Positions 1-13,110 of a DNA stretch of 64,000 nucleotides are shown here, piece by piece. Each line of letters begins with the position of its first letter. The stretch's first letter is position 1. The notes beneath the pieces were generated by a model. The model was not told the origin of the DNA. It ran no database searches and saw only the letters and a program-made list of their open reading frames with translations. The stretch lies in assembly GCF_056746865.1 (NCBI RefSeq), contig NZ_CM163382.1; one strand, written 5' to 3'. The translations under genes and the position numbers were made by a program.

Positions 1-702
1 TTCGCGCAGCGCGCCCGCCATTTCGTACTCGGACTGATCATATTTCAGCGGCGTGGCCCCCATCAGCGTGATGATCGGATCGTTACCGAGCGTGATCGCA
101 ATCGGCAGATCTTCACCGCGCTCTTCCGCTTTATGCAGATGCAGGGCAATATCGTGCATCGGCACCGGTTGCAGGCCGAGCTTACGTTTGCCTTTCACTT
201 CCATACGATAGATACCGACGTTCTGCTTGCCGAAGTTATCCGGGTCGAGCGGATCGCGGGAAACTACGCACGCTTTGTCGAGATAGAAACCGCCATCACC
301 GTCGTTTAAACGAAACAGTGGCAGAATATCGAACAGGTTAATCTCGTCGCCATCGACGGTGTTCTGCGCCCAGGCTGGATTGGCGCGGCGCTCCGGGGCA
401 ATGGGGAAGTTATCCCAGCGGCGGATAAACTCATCAATCTGTTTTTTAACCGGGGTGTTTGGCGGCAGGCCGAGGGAAATCGCGTGGTTCTGCCAGGAAC
501 CGATGGTGTTCATTGCCACGCGGGCATCGATAAAGCCGCGAATATTATCAAACCAAAGCGCGGGCGCGCCGTCGCCGATACGCCCGGTGGCGTTGGCTGC
601 GGCTGCCAGATCCGGTTCCGCGTTCACCTCTTCGCTGATTTTCAGTAACTGGCCGTGGTCATCAAGCGCCTGTAAAAAGCTGCGTAAATCATCAAATGCC
701 AT
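1..702 (-). CDS. UbiD-family decarboxylase (EcdC/YclC-like), 5' part only; gene runs off the window start
   Basis: Minus-strand translation from ATG at 700-702 reads MAFDDLRSFLQALDDHGQLLKISEEV..., typical UbiD-family N-terminus; start overlaps stop of upstream UbiX-like gene (ATGAATAATGG). Confidence 0.7.
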   Translation of the reverse strand, partial: MAFDDLRSFLQALDDHGQLLKISEEVNAEPDLAAAANATGRIGDGAPALWFDNIRGFIDARVAMNTIGSWQNHAISLGLPPNTPVKKQIDEFIRRWDNFPIAPERRANPAWAQNTVDGDEINLFDILPLFRLNDGDGGFYLDKACVVSRDPLDPDNFGKQNVGIYRMEVKGKRKLGLQPVPMHDIALHLHKAEERGEDLPIAITLGNDPIITLMGATPLKYDQSEYEMAGALRE

Positions 703-1295
703 TATTCATTCTCCTGAGAAAAATTCCGGGCCTGCGGCAATCCTTGCCAGCGCCTGGCGTGAGGATGTTCGAGGCCAAATTGATCCAGCACGCGGGCTAC
801 CACATGGTGGACAATGTCATCTACCGTTTCGGGATGGTTATAAAAGGCAGGCATCGGCGGCACCATCGCCACACCCATGCGCGAAAGTGCGAGCATATTT
901 TCGAGATGGATTGTGCTAAGCGGCATTTCACGCGGCACCAGCACCAGTTTGCGGCCTTCTTTGAGCACGACGTCCGCCGCGCGCCCTACGAGACCATCGG
1001 CGTAACCAGCGCGGATACCGGCGAGCGTTTTCATACTGCATGGAATAACGATCATGCCGTCGGTACGAAAGGAGCCGGAAGAGATAGTCGCAGCCTGATC
1101 CGCCGGGTTATGGCTGAAGTCTGCGAGGGCGGCAACATCGCGAGCGCTGTAAGGCGTTTCCAGTTCAATGGTGGTTTTCGCCCACTTCGACATCACCAGA
1201 TGAGTCTCGACATTCGGCATCTCCCGCAGCGCTTGCAGTAATGCCACCCCAAGAGGCGCACCGGTAGCCCCTGTCATCCCGACGATCAGTCTCAT
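702..1295 (-). CDS. UbiX/Pad1-like flavin prenyltransferase
   Basis: 197 aa ORF MRLIVGMTGATGAPLGVALLQAL..., canonical UbiX-family N-terminus and length. Confidence 0.85.
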   Translation of the reverse strand: MRLIVGMTGATGAPLGVALLQALREMPNVETHLVMSKWAKTTIELETPYSARDVAALADFSHNPADQAATISSGSFRTDGMIVIPCSMKTLAGIRAGYADGLVGRAADVVLKEGRKLVLVPREMPLSTIHLENMLALSRMGVAMVPPMPAFYNHPETVDDIVHHVVARVLDQFGLEHPHARRWQGLPQARNFSQENE

Positions 1296-1441
1296 TGTTT
1301 ATTCTCTTAATTGTTCGTATACGAACGTTATTATTAAAATACGCCTCTGTTTTCATCGCGGCAAGCACTGAAAAGTAACAACATCTTCTTCGTCACTGAA
1401 AAACCGCTATGATAGCGGCAGATAGTTTGCCCGGAGTTTAC

Positions 1442-1849
1442 ATGGCGTTACGAAATAAAGCGTTCCATCAGTTACGACAGCTTTTTCAGCAGCACACGGC
1501 TCGCTGGCAGCACGAGTTACCTGACCTCACCAAACCACAGTACGCGGTGATGCGCGCCATTGCTGATAAGCCTGGTATTGAACAGGTGGCACTGATAGAA
1601 GCAGCAGTCAGCACCAAAGCAACGCTGGCAGAAATGTTGGCAAGAATGGAAAATCGTGGCTTAGTCAGACGTGAACATGACGCCGCTGACAAGCGGCGAC
1701 GCTTTGTCTGGCTGACTGCCGAAGGAGAAAAGGTACTTGCTGCGGCGATACCGATTGGTGACAGTGTGGATGCGGAATTTTTGGGGCGTTTGAGTGGAGA
1801 AGAGCAGGAGCTGTTTATGCAGCTGGTGCGCAAGATGATGAGCAAATAG
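1442..1849 (+). CDS. MarR/SlyA-family transcriptional regulator
   Basis: ORF 1409..1849; probable start ATG 1442 after GGAG; winged-helix MarR-like sequence, divergent from the decarboxylase operon. Confidence 0.7.
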   Translation: MALRNKAFHQLRQLFQQHTARWQHELPDLTKPQYAVMRAIADKPGIEQVALIEAAVSTKATLAEMLARMENRGLVRREHDAADKRRRFVWLTAEGEKVLAAAIPIGDSVDAEFLGRLSGEEQELFMQLVRKMMSK

Positions 1850-1921
1850 GATGCTGATTGCCGGGTAGGACGCTGACGAGTCTTATCCAGGCGACAAAAC
1901 ACACCGACTTCCCAAACAAAA

Positions 1922-1956
1922 GAAAAAGGCCAGCCTCGCTTGAGACTGGCCTTTCT
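1922..1956. terminator. Bidirectional rho-independent terminator between the MarR-like gene and rpoS
   Basis: Inverted repeat AAAGGCCAG ... CTGGCCTTT flanked by A-run and T-run, between convergent gene ends. Confidence 0.5.
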
Positions 1957-1969
1957 GACAGATGCTTAC

Positions 1970-2962
1970 TTACTCGCGGAACAGCGCTTCGATATTCAGC
2001 CCCTGCGTTTGCAGGATTTCGCGCAAACGGCGCAGGCCTTCAACCTGAATCTGGCGAACACGTTCACGGGTGAGGCCAATTTCACGACCTACATCTTCCA
2101 GTGTTGCCGCTTCGTACCCCAGCAAACCGAATCGACGTGCCAGCACTTCACGCTGTTTGGCGTTCAGCTCGAACAGCCATTTGACGATGCTCTGCTTCAT
2201 ATCGTCATCTTGCGTGGTATCTTCCGGACCGTTCTCTTTTTCATCGGCCAGGATGTCCAGCAACGCTTTTTCGGAATCACCACCCAGCGGGGTGTCTACC
2301 GAGGTAATGCGCTCGTTAAGACGAAGCATACGGCTGACGTCATCAACTGGCTTATCCAGTTGCTCTGCGATCTCTTCCGCACTTGGTTCGTGGTCCAGTT
2401 TATGGGACAACTCGCGTGCGGTTCGCAGGTAAACGTTCAGCTCCTTTACGATGTGAATCGGCAAACGAATAGTACGGGTTTGGTTCATAATCGCCCGTTC
2501 GATCGTCTGGCGGATCCACCAGGTTGCGTATGTTGAGAAGCGGAAACCACGTTCCGGGTCAAACTTCTCTACCGCGCGGATCAGCCCCAGGTTGCCCTCT
2601 TCGATCAGGTCCAACAGCGCCAGACCACGATTGCCATAACGGCGGGCAATCTTCACGACCAGACGCAGGTTACTTTCAATCATCCGGCGACGTGAAGCGA
2701 CATCTCCACGCAGTGCGCGACGCGCGAAATAAACTTCTTCTTCGGCCGTTAACAGTGGCGAATAACCAATCTCACCAAGGTAAAGCTGAGTCGCGTCCAA
2801 CACACGCTGTGTGGCCCCTTGCGATAACAGCTCCTCTTCAGCCAAATCGTTATCACTGGGTTCCTCTTCAACTAAGGCTTTCTCGTCAAAAACCTCAACT
2901 CCGTTCTCATCAAATTCCGCGTCTTCATTTAAATCATGAACTTTCAGCGTATTCTGACTCAT
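1970..2962 (-). CDS. rpoS: RNA polymerase sigma factor RpoS (sigma-38), full length
   Basis: 330 aa [37 protein letters not shown]..., sigma-70 family regions 2-4 recognisable. Confidence 0.97.
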   Translation of the reverse strand: MSQNTLKVHDLNEDAEFDENGVEVFDEKALVEEEPSDNDLAEEELLSQGATQRVLDATQLYLGEIGYSPLLTAEEEVYFARRALRGDVASRRRMIESNLRLVVKIARRYGNRGLALLDLIEEGNLGLIRAVEKFDPERGFRFSTYATWWIRQTIERAIMNQTRTIRLPIHIVKELNVYLRTARELSHKLDHEPSAEEIAEQLDKPVDDVSRMLRLNERITSVDTPLGGDSEKALLDILADEKENGPEDTTQDDDMKQSIVKWLFELNAKQREVLARRFGLLGYEAATLEDVGREIGLTRERVRQIQVEGLRRLREILQTQGLNIEALFRE

Positions 2963-3024
2963 AAGGTGGCTCCTACCCGTGATCCCTTGACGGAACTAGC
3001 AAGCAAAAGCCTGGTTCCGCCGAA

Positions 3025-4164
3025 TTATCGCTGCGGTAAATAACGCAGCGGGTTTACGGATTTCCCCTTGTAACGAATTTCAAAATGCAAGCGTGTTGAA
3101 CTGGTTCCGGTGCTACCCATGGTTGCTATTTTTTGCCCCGCCTTCACTTCTTGTTGTTCCCGGACCAGCATTGTGTCGTTATGGGCGTAGGCACTCAGGT
3201 AATCATCATTATGTTTGATGATAATCAGATTACCGTAGCCGCGCAGCGCGTTACCGGCATAAACAACGCGGCCATCTGCGGTCGCGATAATTGCCTGTCC
3301 TTTGCTGCCTGCGATATCAATCCCCTTGTTGCCCCCCTCAGAAGCGCCAAAGGTTTCGATCACTTTGCCCTCAGTCGGCCAGCGCCAGGTGGAGATAGGC
3401 GTACTGGTTGATGTACTGCTGACAGTCGGCTCGGTTGTGCTTGCTGTTGGTACCGTTACAGGCGCTGTGACCGTGGTCGCAGTTGGCTTGTTGTTCGGCA
3501 ACATTTTGTTAGCACTCTGTTCACCCGAAGACTCAGAATACGTAATTGTCGGTTGCGACGCAACAGCAACGGTGGAATTTTGTGCAGGCTTGATCACAAC
3601 TCCTTGCTCTGCTGCGTCGGCCTGGGTAATGGCATTTCCGCCAGTGATTGGCGTACCGGAAGCATTACCCACCTGTAAGGTCTGACCGACGTTCAGCGCG
3701 TATGGTGCCTGAATATTGTTGCGCTGAGCAAGGTCACGGAAATCGTTGCCAGTAATCCAGGCGATATAGAAAAGTGTGTCGCCTTTTTTCACGGTATAGG
3801 TACTGCCGCTATAACTGCCTTTCGGAATGTTCCCATACTGACGGTTATAGACGATGCGTCCGTTTTCCATCTGTACCGGCTGCTGAGCTACTGGCTGTAC
3901 TGGCTGGATTTGCGGTTGTTGAGTAGCCTGAATTTGTGGCTGCTGTACCGGCTGAATTTGCGGTTGCTGCGCTGTAGACGTCGTTCCCATTTTCGGCGGT
4001 GGCGTAATCAACATACCAGAATTGGTATTTGCAGGCGCATTGCCATTAACGGAGCTTACCGGTGCCGGTGGATTTGAAGTGTCAGAACAGCCTGCCAGCC
4101 ATAGCGAAACCAGTGACAAAGCCGCAATGCGGCGAACGGTGAATTTTGGGCTTCCCGCGCTCAT
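3025..4164 (-). CDS. nlpD: Murein hydrolase activator lipoprotein NlpD (LysM + M23 domain)
   Basis: 379 aa, lipoprotein signal LAGCS, QPQIQ proline/glutamine repeats, C-terminal M23 peptidase-like region. Confidence 0.95.
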   Translation of the reverse strand: MSAGSPKFTVRRIAALSLVSLWLAGCSDTSNPPAPVSSVNGNAPANTNSGMLITPPPKMGTTSTAQQPQIQPVQQPQIQATQQPQIQPVQPVAQQPVQMENGRIVYNRQYGNIPKGSYSGSTYTVKKGDTLFYIAWITGNDFRDLAQRNNIQAPYALNVGQTLQVGNASGTPITGGNAITQADAAEQGVVIKPAQNSTVAVASQPTITYSESSGEQSANKMLPNNKPTATTVTAPVTVPTASTTEPTVSSTSTSTPISTWRWPTEGKVIETFGASEGGNKGIDIAGSKGQAIIATADGRVVYAGNALRGYGNLIIIKHNDDYLSAYAHNDTMLVREQQEVKAGQKIATMGSTGTSSTRLHFEIRYKGKSVNPLRYLPQR

Positions 4165-4303
4165 TTATCCCCCAGGAAAAATTGGTTAATAACCAGTGAC
4201 ATAATTACCGTGCAAGGCACCATACTGAACACTGGAAAAGATGTTCACGATACGCTGACCTGCGGCAAAATAACCAGGAAAAATCCAGGTATTTCCTCAC
4301 GTT

Positions 4304-5665
<1,362 letters not shown>

Positions 5666-5685
<20 letters not shown>

Positions 5686-6715
5686 AATCACCTGTTGTGT
5701 TGATAAGTTCCCTGACAACGCTGGTTGCAAAACTACCCGCCGGAAGCCAGAAACGGATTTCTACGGTGACGTCATCCCACCAGTTCCAGCTTAATTGTTG
5801 CGGATACAGCAGCATCGCTCTGCGCGCGGCTTCAACTTTTTCGCGCACCAGTAAGGCTTGTAATTCAGTTTCTGCGGCGACAGCTGCTTGTTCGAATGCC
5901 AACGCTTCACGCTGAGTTCCCCATTCGCCACTGCCCGGCAATGCGGCGGTTATCATCAGCTCTTTATCGTTGACGCGACGCTGTAATTCCGCCAGTTCTT
6001 CGGTGGTTGCGACAAACCAGCTACCACGTCCGGCTAATTGTAGCGCATCGCCGTCAACAACTTGATTAACGTCTGCTTTTTTGAGGCGCTCAGCAACAAT
6101 CTGATTAAACAACGCACTGCGGGCTGCCGACAACCAAAAACTCCGTTTATTGCGATCGCGCACCGGAGTATTGGTTTGCGCCCAGCGCAGCGCGCCCTGC
6201 AAGTTGCTACCGCCAATCCCGAAACGTTGGGCACCGAAGTAGTTCGGTACACCTTTTACGCAAATATCGATCAGACGTTGTTCAACGTCATCGCGATTGC
6301 TCACTTCGCGCAGAACCAGGGTAAAGGCGTTACCTTTCAGCGCCCCTAAACGCAGCTTGCGCTTGTGCCGCACATACTCCAGCACCTGGCAGCCTTCCAG
6401 TTGAAAGGCGCTCAGATCGGGCATTTCCTTGCCCGGCACGCGAGCACATAACCACTGTTCCGTTACAGCATGTTTGTCTTTTTGCCCAGCGAAGCTGACT
6501 TCACGGGCATGAATTTTCAGGAATTTCGCCAGTGCATCCGCCACAAAACGGGTATTGCAGCCGTTTTTGAGGATTCTAACCAGAATATGCTCACCTTCAC
6601 CATCAGGCTCAAAGCCCAAATCTTCCACCACCACAAAGTCTTCCGGATTGGCTTTCAGCAACCCGGTGCCTTGCGGTTTACCGTGGAGGTAAGTGAGATT
6701 ATCAAACTCAATCAT
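5666..6715 (-). CDS. truD: tRNA pseudouridine(13) synthase TruD
   Basis: 349 aa [32 protein letters not shown]... Confidence 0.93.
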
Positions 6716-7191
6716 TTTGTTGCCTTAATGAGTAGCGCCACCGCTTCACAGGCAATCCCTTCCCCACGTCCGGTAAATCCAAGTTTTTCCGTAGTAGTGG
6801 CTTTCACGTTAACATCATCCATATGGCAGCCGAGATCTTCGGCAATAAACACGCGCATTTGTGGTATGTGCGGCAACATCTTCGGTGCCTGAGCGATGAT
6901 AGTGACATCGACGTTGCCCAGCGTATAACCCTTCGCCTGAATACGACGCCAGGCTTCGCGTAGCAGCTCGCGGCTGTCGGCACCTTTAAATGCCGGATCG
7001 GTATCCGGGAACAGCTTGCCGATATCCCCCAGCGCCGCCGCGCCAAGCAATGCATCGGTCAACGCATGGAGCGCCACGTCGCCATCAGAATGCGCCAGCA
7101 ATCCTTTTTCGTAAGGAATGCGTACGCCACCAATGATAATTGGGCCTTCACCGCCAAAGGCGTGTACGTCAAAACCGTGTCCAATTCGCAT
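6712..7191 (-). CDS. ispF: 2-C-methyl-D-erythritol 2,4-cyclodiphosphate synthase
   Basis: 159 aa [42 protein letters not shown]... Confidence 0.95.
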
Positions 7192-7901
7192 TATGTATTC
7201 TCCTGATGGATGGTTCGGGTGAGGTAAAACTCGGCCAGTGCCAAATCTTCCGGGCGCGTGACTTTAATGTTATCCGCGCGGCCTTCGACCAACTGCGGAT
7301 GAAATCCGCAATATTCCAGCGCCGAGGCTTCGTCGGTAATGGTAGCGCCTTCATTTAGAGCGCGCGTCAGGCAGTCATGTAACAGCTCACGAGGGAAAAA
7401 TTGCGGCGTCAGCGCGTGCCATAAGCCGTTGCGATCAACGGTATGAGCAATAGCATTTTTGCCCGGTTCGGCACGTTTCATCGTATCGCGCACTGGTGCG
7501 GCGAGGATCCCCCCCGTGCGGCTGGTTTCGCTCAACGTCAACAATCGCGCGAGGTCATCCTGATGCAGACAAGGACGAGCGGCGTCATGCACCAATACCC
7601 ACTGCGCGTCGCCAGCGGCTTTCAGACCTGCCAGCACCGAATCGGCACGCTCATCACCGCCATCTACAACGGTGATTTGCGGATGATTCGCCAGAGGAAG
7701 TTGTGCAAAACGGCTATCGCCAGGACTTATGGCAATGACGACACGTTTCACCCGGGGATGCGCCAGCAGCGCATGCACCGAGTGTTCAAGAATGGTTTGA
7801 TTACCGATTGAGAGATATTGCTTAGGACATTCCGTTTGCATTCGACGGCCAAATCCGGCCGCCGGAACCACGGCGCAAACATCCAAATGAGTGGTTGCCA
7901 T
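7191..7901 (-). CDS. ispD: 2-C-methyl-D-erythritol 4-phosphate cytidylyltransferase
   Basis: 236 aa ORF with [20 protein letters not shown] motif; stop overlaps ispF start. Confidence 0.95.
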
Positions 7902-7919
7902 GTTAATTCCCGGGCTGAT

Positions 7920-8231
7920 TTATCGATTGTTTTGCCCCGCAGACTGTGCGCGCTTCGACGCGTCAGGCACCAGACGATAAAAAGTTTCGCCCGGCCTGGT
8001 CATGCTGAGTTCATTACGCGCACGCTCTTCGAGCGCCTCCTGGCCGCCATTGAGATCGTCAATTTCGGCAAAAAGTTGATCGTTTCGCGCTTTAAGTTTC
8101 GCGTTTGTAGCTTGCTGTGCCGCCACATCATCATTGACGCGGGTATAGTCATGTATACCGTTCTTACCGAACCACAGCGAATACTGTAGCCAGACCAGAA
8201 TAGCCAGCAACAGCAGCGTTAGTTTACCCAT
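7920..8231 (-). CDS. ftsB: Cell division protein FtsB
   Basis: 103 aa, N-terminal TM segment plus coiled coil, [25 protein letters not shown]... Confidence 0.93.
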
Positions 8232-8424
8232 CCTGCCCCCTGAAAAACGGCATCATCATCCCATGCATCCGAAGACGACTCTACATCCTCTGTTGGGGAT
8301 ACCGCGACAACGCGGGCAAATGTACCACATTTGTCCATTGTTACGTATACCCAGGGCGTGCAGAACATAATCTCATTATTAGTTACGGTTTGAATTATGA
8401 ACAGAGGAGACAAGAAAGTACAAA

Positions 8425-8748
8425 TTAGCCCAGTAGCCACATAAACAGTGCGCCAAACATAATGCCTACTGTCATCAGGGTGAAAACAATACTGTAGCGT
8501 AGCTTTCCGTCCATCAATGAATGCAGCGCAATCCCCACCACTACTGCGACAGGCATCAGTGCCAGAAAGAAAGGCCAGGTGTAGATAAAGAAGAACAGCG
8601 TGTTAGAGCCATAAATCAACATCGGCATCGCCAGCGCAAATAACCAGGAGATAAAACCGACCACGGCACCAGGCAGTGACCATGTGGTTTCTTCATCCTC
8701 AGTAAGGCTGTCGTTATTTGTTAGTGTAATGTTATGGCTATTACGCAT
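8425..8748 (-). CDS. ygbE: Inner membrane protein YgbE (DUF3561)
   Basis: 107 aa, multiple hydrophobic helices, conserved position between ftsB and cysC. Confidence 0.8.
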   Translation of the reverse strand: MRNSHNITLTNNDSLTEDEETTWSLPGAVVGFISWLFALAMPMLIYGSNTLFFFIYTWPFFLALMPVAVVVGIALHSLMDGKLRYSIVFTLMTVGIMFGALFMWLLG

Positions 8749-8797
8749 ATTTGATCCTGTTACTTTGACGAACCGGGCATGGAAACCCGGTGGTGTC

Positions 8798-9403
8798 TCA
8801 GGATCTGATAATATCGTTCTGTCTCAACAGATCTAATAATTGCTGTACCAAATTTGTTACTAATTGTTCACCATTGAGATGAATTTCTGCCGATTCAGGC
8901 GCTTCGTAAACGGAATCTATTCCCGTAAAGTTGCGCAGTTCACCGGCACGCGCTTTCTTATATAAGCCTTTTGGATCGCGGGCTTCGCAAATCGCCAGCG
9001 GCGTATCGACAAATACTTCGATAAAGCGCCCTTCTCCTACGCGTTCACGAACCATCTGGCGTTCGGCGCGGTGTGGCGAGATGAATGCGGTCAGCACCAC
9101 CAGTCCGGCTTCAACCATCAAATTCGCCACTTCACCGACGCGACGGATATTCTCTTTACGATCGGCATCGCTAAAACCGAGATCGCTGCATAATCCGTGG
9201 CGAACATTGTCGCCATCCAGCAGATACGTACTGACGCCGAGTTTATGTAACGCCTCCTCCAGCGCCCCGGCGACCGTTGATTTACCGGACCCGGAGAGGC
9301 CGGTAAACCACAGCACTACACCACGATGACCGTGGTGTAGCTCGCGTTGTTGTACAGTGACTGGATGGCTATGCCAGACGACGTTTTCGTCATGCAGCGC
9401 CAT
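8798..9403 (-). CDS. cysC: Adenylyl-sulfate kinase
   Basis: 201 aa, P-loop GLSGSGKST. Confidence 0.95.
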
Positions 9404-10830
9404 TATTTATCCCCCAGCAAATCGCGTGCGCCCCAGTGCGGAAAGTGGCGACGAACCAGGGCATTCAATTCCAGTTCAAATGCACTGAATTCAGATGGCG
9501 CAGCAGTTGCCTGGCTAACTGGCTCGTGCACCATACCGGCACCCACGGTCACATTGCTCAGGCGATCGATAAAAATCAGCCCACCGGTAACCGGATTTTG
9601 CTGATAACGATCTAACACCAGTGGCTCGTCAAAAGTGAGATCCACCAGGCCGATGCCGTTCAGCGGCAGGTTTTCAACTTCGCGTTGGGTAAGGTTATTA
9701 ATATCAACCTGATAACGAATACCATCAACACGAGCACGCGTCTTCTTACCGGCAATTTTGATGTCATAACTCTGGCCCGCGGAAAGCGGCTGTTCCGCCA
9801 TCCATACCACATCCACCGACGCGCTCTGCACAGCCGGTAACGCTTCGTCTGCCGCCAGCAGCAGATCGCCACGGCTGATGTCGATCTCATCCGTCAGCAC
9901 TAGGGTGATCGCTTCTCCGGCAAAGGCTTCTTCGCGATCGCCATCAAAAGTCACGATCCGCGCGACGTTTGATTCCACACCAGAGGGCAGCACTTTGACA
10001 CGTTGCCCGACTTCCACTCGACCGGATGCCAGCGTTCCGGCGTAGCCACGAAAATCGAGATTCGGGCGATTAACGTACTGCACCGGGAAGCGCATTGGCT
10101 GGGCATCCACCACTCGCTGGATCTCCACGGTTTCCAGCACTTCGAGCAGTGTCGGACCGCTGTACCACGGCATACTTTCACTTTGCGAAGCCACGTTGTC
10201 GCCTTCCAGTGCAGAGAGCGGCACAAAGCGGATATCCAGATTACCCGGCAGCTGCCCGGCAAACGTCAGATAATCTTCGCGAATACGGGTGAACGTCTCT
10301 TCACTGTAACCCACCAGATCCATTTTGTTGATCGCCACGACCAGATGTTTGATCCCCAACAGTGTGGAGATAAAACTGTGACGACGGGTTTGATCGAGCA
10401 CGCCTTTACGGGCATCGATCAGTAAGATCGCCAGTTCACATGTCGATGCGCCAGTCGCCATATTGCGAGTGTACTGCTCGTGCCCTGGGGTATCGGCGAT
10501 AATAAATTTACGCTTCTCGGTAGAGAAATAACGGTAAGCCACGTCAATGGTGATGCCCTGTTCGCGCTCAGCTTGCAGGCCGTCCACCAGCAGAGCCAGA
10601 TCCAGCTTTTCGCCCTGGGTGCCGTGACGCTTACTGTCGTTATGCAGCGATGAGAGCTGATCTTCGTAGATTTGGCGGGTATCGTGCAGCAGACGACCAA
10701 TCAGGGTACTTTTTCCGTCATCGACGCTACCACAAGTCAGAAAACGCAGCAGGCTTTTATGTTGTTGCGCAATCATCCAGGCTTCGACGCCGCCTTCATT
10801 GGCGATTTGTTGTGCAAGTGCGGTGTTCAT
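9403..10830 (-). CDS. cysN: Sulfate adenylyltransferase subunit 1 (GTPase)
   Basis: 475 aa, GTPase motifs [18 protein letters not shown]. Confidence 0.95.
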
Positions 10831-10831
10831 C

Positions 10832-11740
10832 TTAAAAATACCCCTGACGTTTTTTCAACTCCATGGATCCCGCCTGGTCGCGGTCAATCACGCGACCCTG
10901 ACGTTCACTGGTGGTGGAAACCAGCATCTCTTCGATGATTTCCGGCAGTGTTTGTGCATTTGACTCCACCGCACCGGTCAGCGGCCAGCAGCCCAGCGTA
11001 CGGAAACGCACCATCCGTTTTTTAATCACTTCTCCCGGTTGCAGGTCGATACGGTTGTCATCAATCATCATCAACATACCGTCGCGTTCCAGAACCGGTC
11101 GTTCCGCAGCGAGATACAGTGGAACAATGTCAATATTTTCCAGCCAGATGTATTGCCAGATATCCTGCTCGGTCCAGTTAGAGAGCGGGAAGACGCGGAT
11201 GCTTTCGCCTTTGTTAATTTGCCCGTTGTAGTTGTGCCACAGCTCCGGGCGCTGATTTTTCGGATCCCAGCGATGGAAGCGGTCACGGAAAGAGTAGATT
11301 CGCTCTTTAGCGCGGGATTTCTCTTCGTCGCGGCGCGCACCACCGAAGGCGGCATCAAAACCGTATTTGTTCAGCGCCTGTTTCAGGCCTTCAGTTTTCA
11401 TAATATCGGTATGTTTCGCGCTGCCATGAACGAATGGATTAATCCCCATCGCTACGCCTTCCGGGTTTTTATGCACCAGCAGCTCGCAGCCGTAGGCTTT
11501 AGCCGTACGATCGCGGAACTCATACATCTCGCGGAATTTCCAGCCGGTATCGACATGCAGCAACGGGAAAGGCAGCGTACCTGGATAAAACGCCTTGCGC
11601 GCCAGATGCAGCATGACGCTGGAATCTTTACCGATAGAGTAGAGCATCACCGGATTTGAGAATTCTGCCGCCACCTCGCGAATAATGTGGATGCTTTCCG
11701 CCTCCAGTTGCCGCAGGTGAGTAAGTCGTTTTTGATCCAT
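10832..11740 (-). CDS. cysD: Sulfate adenylyltransferase subunit 2
   Basis: 302 aa, PAPS-reductase-like fold, [23 protein letters not shown]... Confidence 0.95.
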   Translation of the reverse strand: MDQKRLTHLRQLEAESIHIIREVAAEFSNPVMLYSIGKDSSVMLHLARKAFYPGTLPFPLLHVDTGWKFREMYEFRDRTAKAYGCELLVHKNPEGVAMGINPFVHGSAKHTDIMKTEGLKQALNKYGFDAAFGGARRDEEKSRAKERIYSFRDRFHRWDPKNQRPELWHNYNGQINKGESIRVFPLSNWTEQDIWQYIWLENIDIVPLYLAAERPVLERDGMLMMIDDNRIDLQPGEVIKKRMVRFRTLGCWPLTGAVESNAQTLPEIIEEMLVSTTSERQGRVIDRDQAGSMELKKRQGYF

Positions 11741-11991
11741 AACCGTTCCTTTGCAATACCGCTATTTTCTTGCCATCAGATGTTTCGACTATAGGGAGCG
11801 CAGGAGAACGAATGAAATTACCAATTAGAATGAGTAGTTCCTTAACGGAATAACGATTTGGCAAAGCTAATATCAAAAAGTGCTTAAGGCACCGGATTTC
11901 GGGCGTTTAGGAAGATTTGAAATTGTTTTAGCGCATCGGCAGTTTCATACTATGGCGGTAAAAAAATTTGCATGGTATTTAAGGACTCACT

Positions 11992-13029
11992 ATGTTTTCC
12001 GCATTGCGCCACCGTACCGCTGCCCTGGCGCTCGGCGTATGCTTTATTCTCCCCGTACACGCCTCGTCATCTAAACCTGGCGATTTTGCTAATACTCAGG
12101 CACGACATATTGCTACTTTCTTTCCGGGACGCATGACCGGAACTCCAGCAGAAATGTTATCTGCCGATTATATTCGCCAACAGTTTCAGCAAATGGGTTA
12201 TCGCAGTGATATTCGGACATTTAATAGTCGGTATATTTATACCGCCCGCGATAATCGCAAGAGCTGGCATAACGTGACGGGAAGTACGGTGATTGCCGCT
12301 CATGAAGGCAAAGCGCCGCAGCAGATCATCATTATGGCGCATCTGGATACTTACGCCCCGCTGAGCGATGCTGACGCCGATGCCAATCTCGGCGGGCTGA
12401 CGTTACAAGGAATGGATGATAACGCCGCAGGTTTAGGTGTCATGCTGGAATTGGCAGAACGCCTGAAAAATACGCCTACCGAGTATGGTATTCGATTTGT
12501 GGCGACCAGTGGTGAAGAGGAAGGGAAATTAGGTGCTGAGAATTTACTCAAGCGGATGAGTGACACCGAAAAGAAAAATACGCTGCTGGTGATTAATCTC
12601 GATAACTTAATTGTTGGCGATAAATTGTATTTCAACAGCGGCGTAAAAACCCCTGAAGCAGTAAGGAAATTAACGCGCGACAGGGCGCTGGCAATTGCGC
12701 GTAGTCATGGAATTGCCGCAACGACCAATCCGGGTTTGAATAAAAATTATCCGAAGGGTACTGGCTGTTGTAATGACGCCGAAGTTTTCGACAAAGCCGG
12801 TATTGCCGTACTTTCGGTAGAAGCAACAAATTGGAATCTTGGGAATAAGGATGGTTATCAGCAACGCGCAAAAACAGCTGCATTCCCTGCGGGAAATAGC
12901 TGGCATGACGTAAGACTGGATAATCAACAACATATTGATAAGGCACTTCCAGGAAGAATAGAACGTCGCTGCCGTGATGTTATGCGGATAATGCTACCGC
13001 TGGTGAAGGAGCTGGCGAAGGCGTCTTGA
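11992..13029 (+). CDS. iap: Alkaline phosphatase isozyme conversion aminopeptidase (M28 family)
   Basis: 345 aa with signal peptide; conserved neighbour of the type I-E CRISPR array. Confidence 0.9.
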   Translation: MFSALRHRTAALALGVCFILPVHASSSKPGDFANTQARHIATFFPGRMTGTPAEMLSADYIRQQFQQMGYRSDIRTFNSRYIYTARDNRKSWHNVTGSTVIAAHEGKAPQQIIIMAHLDTYAPLSDADADANLGGLTLQGMDDNAAGLGVMLELAERLKNTPTEYGIRFVATSGEEEGKLGAENLLKRMSDTEKKNTLLVINLDNLIVGDKLYFNSGVKTPEAVRKLTRDRALAIARSHGIAATTNPGLNKNYPKGTGCCNDAEVFDKAGIAVLSVEATNWNLGNKDGYQQRAKTAAFPAGNSWHDVRLDNQQHIDKALPGRIERRCRDVMRIMLPLVKELAKAS

Positions 13030-13110
13030 TGGGTTTGAAAATAGGAGCTGGGAGTTCTACCGCAGGGGCGGGGAACTCCAAGTGATGTCCATCATCGCAT
13101 CCAGTGCGTC

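Noticed and set aside
359-1241. Plus-strand ORFs 359..919 and 696..1241
   Set aside because: Antisense to the UbiD-like and UbiX-like genes, whose minus-strand translations are clearly homologous to known families.
1940-2964. Plus-strand ORFs (1940..2536, 2070..2432, 2524..2964) overlapping rpoS
   Set aside because: Antisense to a well-supported conserved gene; low-complexity translations.
13050-13078. Hairpin after iap as a terminator
   Set aside because: Resembles a degenerate CRISPR repeat on alignment and lacks a following T-run; interpreted as the decayed terminal repeat.
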